Origin: an uncultured Kofleriaceae bacterium
Lineage (GTDB): Bacteria > Myxococcota_A > Polyangia > Haliangiales > Haliangiaceae
Direction: 5' to 3'
Assembly (NCBI GenBank): GCA_964446175.1
Contig: CAYUNM010000034.1
Location: 15,115 to 79,114, forward strand
DNA: 64,000 nt
In this document: positions 57,168 to 64,000 of the stretch, piece by piece
How positions within the stretch are numbered: the first letter of the stretch is position 1
How the letters are laid out: the number at the start of each line of letters is the position of its first letter
Made by a program: the position numbers and the translations under genes
The notes under the pieces: generated by a model
Databases searched by the model: none
Told to the model about the DNA's origin: nothing
The model's input: the letters and a program-made list of their open reading frames with translations, nothing else

Positions 57168-59999
57168 ATGGAGCGCGACCCTCACGACGAGCCGACGGAG
57201 ACGGTAGTCGACGGACAGCGCAGGCACGACAAGCGCCGCCCGACGGAAGAGGTGCACGCGCAGCCGACGCTGCTCGGCCGCTACGTCGTCCTCGGCGAGC
57301 TCGGCCGCGGCGGCATGTCGGTCGTGTACGCCGCCTACGATCCCGAGCTCGATCGCCGGGTCGCGCTCAAGGTCGTGCGCGCCGATCAGCTCTCGGCCAC
57401 GCATCGCGCGCGCCTGCACCGCGAAGCACAAGCGCTCGCGCGCCTCTCGCACCCCAACGTCGTCACCGTGTTCGACGTCGGCGACCTCTCGAGCGACACG
57501 TTCGTCGCGATGGAGCTCGTCGACGGCCAGAGCCTGCGCGACTGGAACCGCCAGCCGCGCACGTGGCGCGAGGTCGTCAAGGTCGTGCTCGCCGCGGGTC
57601 GCGGGCTCGCGGCCGCGCACGCCGCCGGCATCGTCCACCGCGACGTCAAGCCCGACAACATCATGCTGGCGCCGAACGGCGCCGTGAAGCTCGTCGACTT
57701 CGGCCTCGCGCGCGACCTCGGCGATCGCACGATGGACTCCGGCGAGGTGTTCTCCGAGGACCCCGTGATGCCGCCGGAGGAGTCGAGCCTGTCGATGCCG
57801 AGCCAGAGCGGCTCGATGCGGCTGGGCAAGCCGCTCGAGGCGATCACGCAGCACGGCTACATCGTCGGCACGCCGGCCTACATGCCGCCCGAGCAGCGCA
57901 GCAAGAAGCCGGAGGCCGACGAGCGCTCGGACCAGTTCAGCCTGTGCGCGACGCTCTACGAGGCGCTCTACAAGCAGCGCCCGTTCACGACGTCGAAGAA
58001 GGAAGTGATCGATCGCCGCGAGCTCGTGACGATCGCCGACAAGCCCGGCACCGACACGCGCACGCTCGCCGCCGCCCCGCCGAAGGATTCCGGCGTGCCG
58101 ACCTGGCTGCAGAAGGTCGTCGCGCGCGGGCTCGCCGTCGATCCGAAGCAGCGCTACCCGAGCGTCGAGGCGCTGCTGCGCGAGCTCGAGCGCGATCCTG
58201 CTCGCACGATGCGGCTCGTCGCGGGCGCGTCCGCCGCGCTCGTCGCGGTCGCCGCCGTGGCCACGCTCGTCACCTACAAGATGATGCCGGCACACACGCA
58301 GGCTCCGAGCTGCGGCACCGGCGCCGATCGCATCGCGAAGACGTGGAACGCCGACAAGCGCGCGCAGCTCGTCTCCGCTGCCACGTCGCGCGGCGGGGCG
58401 CCCGCGGCCTCCGCGATCGGCGTGTTCGCGACGCGCGTCGAAGACTACGCCGATCACTGGCAGCAGATGTTTCACGAGAGCTGCGAGGCGACGCAGGTCC
58501 ATCACACGCAGTCCGCCGAGGCGATGGACCTGCGCATGGCCTGCCTCGATCGCCGGCTGGCCGAGCTCGGCGCGCTCGTCGACGTCATGCACGACGCCAG
58601 CCCTGCCGTCCTGCGCAAGGCCGGCGAGGTGGTCGACGGCCTGCCCCCGCTCACCGAGTGCGCCGACCTCAAGGCCCTGCGCGAGGTCGTCAAGCGCCCG
58701 ACCGACCCGGTCATCGCGAAGCGCCTCGACGCGATCGACGGCGATCTGGCCCGCCTCACGGCGCTCTACGCCGTCGGCGACATGAACAAGACGCTCGCGC
58801 TCGCCGACACCGTCATCGACGAGGCGCGCGCCGCCGGCTACGCCCCGCAGCTCGCCGAGTCGCTGTACTGGCGCGGCCGCGCGATCGCCGACCGCGACGG
58901 CGGCCCCGACGCGATCGCGATGTTCGATCAGACGTTCTCCGCCGCGCTCGGCGCCGGCCAGGACCAGCGCGCCGCCGATGCCGCCGCCCGCATCGCCCAG
59001 GAAGCACTCTGGGCCGCCCAGCTCCCCGAGTTCGAGCGCTGGGCCCGCATCTCCCACGCGCTCGCCGCCCGCTCGGGCGCCGCGCCCGTCACGCGCTTCG
59101 TCGATCAGCTCTCGTGCATGTCGAACCACTACTACGGCAAGGTCCGCACGCGCCTGACCTGCCTCCGCGACCTCGCCGCGCGCAAGGACGGCCAGCCGAA
59201 CGAGTGGCTCGTCACGACCCTCGGCATCGCGGCCACCGAGGCCGGCGAGCCCGCCGAGGCGATCCACTGGCTCGAGCAAGGCGTCGAGCTCGCGCGCGCG
59301 GAGAACGGCGCCGATCATCCACGCACGCTCGAGATGCGCGCGTACCTCTGCAAGGGGCTCTTCGAGCTCGGCGACTACGACCGCGCCGCCGGCGAGTGTC
59401 GCGACGCGCTCGCGCGCCTGCAGCGCATCGCCCCCGACGACACCGCGCTCGTCGCGCGCCTCCAGGACTACCTCGCCGATGCCGACGTGGCGCTCCACCA
59501 TCCCGACGAGGCGCGCCCGCTCTACGAGGCCGCGATGCAGACCGGCGACGACGAGATCAAGCTCGACGCGAAGAGCGCGCTCTCCGAGCTCGCCGGCAAG
59601 AAGGGCGACGCCACCGCCGCCGTCGCCGAGCACCGCGAAGCGCTCGCCGAGACGATCAAGGCGTTCGCCGCCTACAACCCGCACCACCCGAACATCCTCG
59701 CCGAGCACTACGAGCTCGGCAAAGCGCTCCTCGCCCAGGGCGACGCCAAGGCCGCCCTCGCCGAGCTCACGCGCGCCGACGAGGATGCCGACCCGACCGA
59801 GTCATCGCCGCTCGCGCTCGCCCAGACCCGCTACGCGCGCGCGCAGGCGCTCGTCAGGGCGAAGGGCGCGCCGGCGACGGACCAGGCACGCGCGCTCGCG
59901 CAATCGGCGCTCGACCTCTACCGCGACCACGCGCCCGACACCGCGCGCTTCCGCGACGAGCGCGATGCGATCGCGAAGTGGCTCGCGTCATTGAAATAG
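57168..59999 (+). CDS. Ser/Thr protein kinase - TM helix - long TPR/helical-repeat domain (943 aa)
   Basis: GRGGMSVVY, VALKVV, HRDVKPDN, DFG, GTPAYMPPEQ, TM helix LVAGASAALVAVAAVATLV, then about 600 aa of TPR-like repeats. Confidence 0.88.
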   Translation: MERDPHDEPTETVVDGQRRHDKRRPTEEVHAQPTLLGRYVVLGELGRGGMSVVYAAYDPELDRRVALKVVRADQLSATHRARLHREAQALARLSHPNVVTVFDVGDLSSDTFVAMELVDGQSLRDWNRQPRTWREVVKVVLAAGRGLAAAHAAGIVHRDVKPDNIMLAPNGAVKLVDFGLARDLGDRTMDSGEVFSEDPVMPPEESSLSMPSQSGSMRLGKPLEAITQHGYIVGTPAYMPPEQRSKKPEADERSDQFSLCATLYEALYKQRPFTTSKKEVIDRRELVTIADKPGTDTRTLAAAPPKDSGVPTWLQKVVARGLAVDPKQRYPSVEALLRELERDPARTMRLVAGASAALVAVAAVATLVTYKMMPAHTQAPSCGTGADRIAKTWNADKRAQLVSAATSRGGAPAASAIGVFATRVEDYADHWQQMFHESCEATQVHHTQSAEAMDLRMACLDRRLAELGALVDVMHDASPAVLRKAGEVVDGLPPLTECADLKALREVVKRPTDPVIAKRLDAIDGDLARLTALYAVGDMNKTLALADTVIDEARAAGYAPQLAESLYWRGRAIADRDGGPDAIAMFDQTFSAALGAGQDQRAADAAARIAQEALWAAQLPEFERWARISHALAARSGAAPVTRFVDQLSCMSNHYYGKVRTRLTCLRDLAARKDGQPNEWLVTTLGIAATEAGEPAEAIHWLEQGVELARAENGADHPRTLEMRAYLCKGLFELGDYDRAAGECRDALARLQRIAPDDTALVARLQDYLADADVALHHPDEARPLYEAAMQTGDDEIKLDAKSALSELAGKKGDATAAVAEHREALAETIKAFAAYNPHHPNILAEHYELGKALLAQGDAKAALAELTRADEDADPTESSPLALAQTRYARAQALVRAKGAPATDQARALAQSALDLYRDHAPDTARFRDERDAIAKWLASLK

Positions 60000-62792
60000 C
60001 ATCAGGTGGCTCGCCCAGTCGCCGTGCGCGGCACGTACCTCCGCGAGCGCCTGCGCGATCGGCGTACCGGCTGCGATGCGGCGGTGCAGATCGTCGAACA
60101 CCGCGCGCGCCTGCGCATCGGGAATCTCGACATCGGCCGCGATCACCGCGCGCGCACCGGCCGCGAGGAACGCGTCCGGCAGGCTCCAGCGCTCGCGCTG
60201 CAGCGGTGCGACCTGCGCGGCGCGACACGCCGCGAGCACGACGACCGGCGCGCCCGCGAAGTGCGCCTTGCGGAGCGCACCCGCGCGCAGCGCGTACACG
60301 CCCGACGGCTCCGGCGAGAGCGCGAGATACGCGGCATCGGTGTGGGTGGCCGCCGCGATGCCATGCACGTCGAGCTCGGCATACGTCGCGTCGCCGAGCG
60401 CGGCGAGCACGCGCGCCGGTGTCGCGTCGGCGCCGGCGAGCGTCGCATCGAAGGACACGGCCGGCGCGGCCATCGCCGGCAGGTGCGGAAGGCTGGCATC
60501 CGGCGGCCGCGCATCGACGACCTGGATCGCGCGCTTGACCGGCGCGGGCAGCACGCCGCGCGCCTGCGAATCGCCGGCGAACCACCACGGCAGGTTTGCC
60601 GGCAGCAGGTCGCCGCGACCGTGCAGCGGCGGGCGCGCGATCACCGCGACCCCCGTGCAGTGCGCGAGGTGAGCGACGAGCGAGCTCGAGACCACCGGGG
60701 CGGCCGCGAGCTGGCCCGTCTCGCCGAACACGCCGTCGGGCGTGCGCGCCGCCACCGTCAGGCGATCGTCGTCGGCGCTCGCCGCCAGCATGCACGGCGC
60801 GGCCGCGATCGGATGCTCCTCCACCGCGAGCGCGAGCACGCGATCCCACTGCTGGTGCGTGCCCGCATCGGTGATCAGCGTCGCGAACGCGTAGGTGCGG
60901 AGGCCCTGTGCGGTCGCGTCGGAAAGAGAGAGCGTCGCGACGCGATCGTGGAGCGCCGCGATCTGTGCCCCATCGATGCGCGCCGCGCCGATCAGCGCGA
61001 GCACGTCGTCGTGGGCATCGCGCGCCGCCGCGATCCAGGCCTCGGCGCGCTCGCGGTCGTGCGCATCGCCCGAGAGCCTCGCGAGATCGATCGCGGTGGC
61101 AAAGCCGATCGGATCGACCGCCGCGCAGCACGGATCGACCGGCGCCGGCAGCAGCGCGCGCGCGGCCGCGAGGTCGCGTGCGGCGAACGCGACGTTCGCG
61201 CGGCTGATCTGCGCATACCGCGAGAGCCGCGGATCGCGGTCTCCGACCTCGGCGATCACCTCTTCGAGCTCGGCGCGAGCGAGGGCAAAGCGCCCGTGGC
61301 GGCGGTGGATGTCCGCGAGCAGCGCGCGCGCGTTCGCGACGAGCATCGGCATCGCGGCCCGTCGCTGATCGTCGACGGCAGCGCGCGCGTGGGCCTCCGC
61401 CTCGCTGTCGCGACCGGTCGCGAACAGCAGCTGCGCGAGGTCCTGCTCGAGCCCTCCGCAGCGCATCGCCCATGCCGCGTTGCCGCACGCCGCGAGTGCA
61501 TGCACGAGCGCGGGCTCCGCACGCAGATCCGAATCCGGGAATGCCTTGCGGATCCGCTCGCGCTCGCCGAACAAGTCGAACCACGGGTCGTGCCACGGCG
61601 CGCTGATCGCGCGCAGCTTGTCGAGCCGCGCGGCCGCCTGCCCCGCGAGGATCGCGGCGCCGACGTAGAGATCCGCCGCCGCCGGGCCCGCCGCTTCGAG
61701 CTGCGCGACGAGCGACGCGGTGCGCTCCGCCGGCAGCGTGTGCGCGACGAGCGCGCGATAATCGTCGACGAAGCGCGCGCGCACCGCGAAGTCGCTGGCC
61801 GCCACGCGATCGGCGGCTGCCGTCGCCGTCGTCGTGCCGCTCTCCGCGTCGAGCGCCTTCGCGAGCGGCCGCAACCGCTCGACCTCGTCGCGCGACCGCG
61901 CCGTGCGCAGCGCATCGTAGAACGCCACACGCGCGTACGCCGGATACTCGGCCGCGCGCGCCGCATCGACAACCGCACCACCGGCGATCATCGTCGCGCA
62001 GTCCTGCTGGAATGCCGCGAACCCGCGCGCCCGCGCGAGCCACGGATCGGCGGCGGCGAGCGTGCGCGCATCGGCGCTCCAGCCCGGCTCGCCGGCCGCT
62101 GCCACCCGCTCGAACGCCTGCGCAGCGACATACGGCAGCCCGAGGTCGCGCGCGGCGAGCCCGAGGTTCCACGCGCCCGCCGGCGTCGTCGAGGCTGCAT
62201 ACGCATGCCCGAGCGCGCGCTCGGGATCGCCGGCGATCAGCGCGAGCGCGGCGCGATCGGCTTCCGCCCTCGGATCCGCGGGCAGCTTCGCCGCGATGTC
62301 CTCCGCGCGCGCGATATCGCCGCTCGACGCGAGTGCCGCGACCAGGTCGCGCCGATCATCGCGCTTCTCGAGGTTCGCGAGCACGCCGAGCGCGATCGGC
62401 TCGCGCGCGTGAACATCGCCGCGCACGACCGCACGCGGCCGGTACGGCACGAACAGCTCGCCGGAGAATCGCGCCTCGACGGCGCGCTCGTGCGGCAGCT
62501 CGATCGCGACCTGCGGTGCCGGTTCGTGCGGGCGCCGCCCGAGCCACAGCGCGATCGCCGCCGCCGCCGCCACCGCCGCACCACCGGCGGCGAGCCACCA
62601 GCGCCGTCCGGAACGCACGACCGCCGCGACCTTCGGCGCGCGCGAGGCCGCCGCATCGAGCGAGACCGCCGCACCGAGCAGCGACTGACACTCCGCGCAC
62701 TGCGCCAGGTGCGCGAGCACGTCGGCGTGCTCGGCCTCGGGCAGCTCGCCGTCGAAGTACGCCGAGGTCCTCGCCAGATGGTCATCCGCCAT
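59988..62792 (-). CDS. Anti-sigma factor (zf-HC2) - TM helix - TPR-like region - C-terminal CHAT protease domain (934 aa)
   Basis: N-terminal FDGELPEAEHADVLAHLAQCAECQ (H-x3-C-x2-C). TM helix WWLAAGGAAVAAAAAIALWL. C-terminal CHAT pattern: AELDVHGIA (His), PVVVLAACRAAQ (Cys), LPDAFLAAGARAVIAADVEIPD. 11-nt overlap with the ECF sigma gene. Confidence 0.8.
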   Translation of the reverse strand: MADDHLARTSAYFDGELPEAEHADVLAHLAQCAECQSLLGAAVSLDAAASRAPKVAAVVRSGRRWWLAAGGAAVAAAAAIALWLGRRPHEPAPQVAIELPHERAVEARFSGELFVPYRPRAVVRGDVHAREPIALGVLANLEKRDDRRDLVAALASSGDIARAEDIAAKLPADPRAEADRAALALIAGDPERALGHAYAASTTPAGAWNLGLAARDLGLPYVAAQAFERVAAAGEPGWSADARTLAAADPWLARARGFAAFQQDCATMIAGGAVVDAARAAEYPAYARVAFYDALRTARSRDEVERLRPLAKALDAESGTTTATAAADRVAASDFAVRARFVDDYRALVAHTLPAERTASLVAQLEAAGPAAADLYVGAAILAGQAAARLDKLRAISAPWHDPWFDLFGERERIRKAFPDSDLRAEPALVHALAACGNAAWAMRCGGLEQDLAQLLFATGRDSEAEAHARAAVDDQRRAAMPMLVANARALLADIHRRHGRFALARAELEEVIAEVGDRDPRLSRYAQISRANVAFAARDLAAARALLPAPVDPCCAAVDPIGFATAIDLARLSGDAHDRERAEAWIAAARDAHDDVLALIGAARIDGAQIAALHDRVATLSLSDATAQGLRTYAFATLITDAGTHQQWDRVLALAVEEHPIAAAPCMLAASADDDRLTVAARTPDGVFGETGQLAAAPVVSSSLVAHLAHCTGVAVIARPPLHGRGDLLPANLPWWFAGDSQARGVLPAPVKRAIQVVDARPPDASLPHLPAMAAPAVSFDATLAGADATPARVLAALGDATYAELDVHGIAAATHTDAAYLALSPEPSGVYALRAGALRKAHFAGAPVVVLAACRAAQVAPLQRERWSLPDAFLAAGARAVIAADVEIPDAQARAVFDDLHRRIAAGTPIAQALAEVRAAHGDWASHLMLFQ

Positions 62793-63342
62793 GGCGGCAC
62801 CTCGCGATCAGCAGGTCACGGAGCTTCGTGCGCGCACGCAGCACGCGCGTCCCGACGGTCGCCTTCGCGATGCCGAGCGCGGCCGCGATCTCGTCGTAGG
62901 ACTTGCCGTCGAACGCGAACATCTCGAACGTCACGCGCTGCTCGTCGGGGAGCTGCGCGAGCTCGGCGCGAATGTGCTCGGCGGTCAGCGCCAGCCACCA
63001 CGCCTCCTCCTCGGCCACCGGCGCGGCGGCATCGACGAGCTCCTCCTCGCGGCGCGTCGCCCGGCGGCGCACCCAGTCGATGAACTTGTTGTGCATCACA
63101 CGCGACAGCCACGCGCGCTCGTCGGCTCCCGTGGGGATCGGCGACCGCAGCGTGCTCACGAGTACTTCCTGCACCAGATCCTCGGCATCGAAATGGCCCC
63201 GACACAGCTTGCGCGCCAGGCCCTCGAGATACGGGCGATGAGCGCGCGTCAACTGCTCGATCTCACGGGTCTTGCGGGCGTCCTCCATCGATATGACGGA
63301 AGGCTCGGGCGTTTCTTCCCGTACTAGAGACCGCTTGGACAT
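62782..63342 (-). CDS. ECF (sigma-70 family, group IV) RNA polymerase sigma factor
   Basis: Region 2 (DAEDLVQEVLV, WLSRVMHNKFIDWVRRR) and region 4 (LPDEQRVTFEMFAFDGKSYDEIAAALGIAKATVGTRVLRARTKL). ATG at 63342. Confidence 0.88.
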   Translation of the reverse strand: MSKRSLVREETPEPSVISMEDARKTREIEQLTRAHRPYLEGLARKLCRGHFDAEDLVQEVLVSTLRSPIPTGADERAWLSRVMHNKFIDWVRRRATRREEELVDAAAPVAEEEAWWLALTAEHIRAELAQLPDEQRVTFEMFAFDGKSYDEIAAALGIAKATVGTRVLRARTKLRDLLIARCRHGG

Positions 63343-63409
63343 GGGGCCGGAAGATCGGGCGCCCACCGCGTCTGAGAAGCGCCAGGTCCCACCATAAACC
63401 AAGGAGCGG

Positions 63410-63889
63410 TTGATGAAGCGTTGGATTAGTCACCTGTTGATCGGGGGCGCGCTCGTCGGATGCGCGCAGCAGCCGGCGGATACGAGCACGAGCACGGCGG
63501 CCCTCACCGCCACGTGTCCCGGCCCCAACAACTATCCCAAGGCGACCTTGCCGCTGATCGGGTACTGGAACGGCACGGTGAAGGCGCCGCAGCCGGGCCA
63601 GTACCTGATCTCGTTCCCCGACCCGAACAGGCCCGGCGAGTCGCTGGTGCTCCTCGTCGATCCGGTCAACGCCGTGATCCCGTGGGGCGCTCGCTTCAAG
63701 ACCTACCAGCTGGCGCAGGTGCGGAGCTCGGCTGGCTCGTACGGCTGGGTCGACGTCGGTCGCCCGCCGCCGCCTCCTCCTCCGATCGGTGACGGCTGGC
63801 TCGCGAGCTACGCGCTCGAGCTCGGCCTCGACTTCTCGGGCGCGCCGGATCGCGCGGCCGCGAACGTGTACCACCAGGTCTATCCGTAA
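63410..63889 (+). CDS. Lipoprotein with a poly-Pro tract, unknown function; divergent from the ECF sigma gene
   Basis: SD AAGGAG. Lipobox GALVGC. PPPPPPP tract. No family recognised. Confidence 0.6.
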   Translation: MMKRWISHLLIGGALVGCAQQPADTSTSTAALTATCPGPNNYPKATLPLIGYWNGTVKAPQPGQYLISFPDPNRPGESLVLLVDPVNAVIPWGARFKTYQLAQVRSSAGSYGWVDVGRPPPPPPPIGDGWLASYALELGLDFSGAPDRAAANVYHQVYP

Positions 63890-63912
63890 CTACTGGAGCC
63901 GCTCTGGACGAT

Positions 63913-63944
63913 GCGGACCGCCGCCGCCCGGATGTGCGGCGGTC
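63913..63944 (+). terminator. Strong GC-rich hairpin downstream of the lipoprotein gene (no U-tract)
   Basis: GACCGCCGC (63916-63924) pairs perfectly with GCGGCGGTC (63933-63941). The stem can be extended by G-U, C-G and G-C pairs. 8-nt loop. Confidence 0.35.
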
Positions 63945-64000
63945 TGCTGCGCGAGCGGGACCTCGCCGATAACGACGCGGCCGGTGCCGAGCTGCGTCGA

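Noticed and set aside
63911-64000. ATG at 63911 opening a frame to the window end (MRTAAARMCGGLLRERDLADNDAAGAELRR).
   Set aside because: Only 30 codons are visible, and the start of this frame is occupied by a strong hairpin that looks like a terminator. There is not enough sequence to call a CDS.

Overview
High-GC (about 70%) chromosomal window. The gene content points to a Myxococcota genome, probably Polyangia-like (inference): many lipoproteins, Ser/Thr kinases, PEGA, PilZ-like, delta-60 and MopE-type repeat proteins. No rRNA, tRNA, CRISPR, transposase or integrase was recognised. Left to right the window holds: the 3' end of a NorR-like sigma-54 activator convergent with a truncated hemoglobin; a tightly packed nuoE-F-J-K-L-M-N block on the minus strand with no nuoG/H/I; an acyltransferase and an Oar-like TonB-dependent receptor; a small accessory patch (Cys-rich lipoprotein, SUKH/SMI1-KNR4 protein, delta-60 beta-propeller lipoprotein); hemD-hemB followed by an orphan GspD-type secretin; a nine-gene co-directional minus-strand array (pilD, PEGA pseudokinase, PilZ-like/J-domain protein, lidless Hsp70, thioredoxin lipoprotein, membrane Ser/Thr kinase, manC, manB, ROK glucokinase); a housekeeping block (proB-proA-rsfS-rlmH, smpB, gloA); secreted proteases (S41, 1200-aa M16); a 1211-aa five-module MopE-motif/PPC lipoprotein; and an ECF sigma / anti-sigma-CHAT / Ser-Thr kinase-TPR / methyltransferase cluster. 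The most unusual thing I see directly in the DNA is a 76-nt element present three times. Each copy exactly fills the gap between a TGA stop and the next start codon (before Hsp70, proB and rlmH). It has a hairpin with compensatory base-pair changes in all three copies, a G-quadruplex motif with invariant G-tracts and variable loops, and a second hairpin that buries the Shine-Dalgarno sequence. The most unusual proteins are the zf-HC2 anti-sigma factor fused to a CHAT (caspase-like) protease domain and the PilZ-like/J-domain plus pseudokinase plus Hsp70 module. All functional calls come from motif recognition by eye in the supplied translations. No database search was run.
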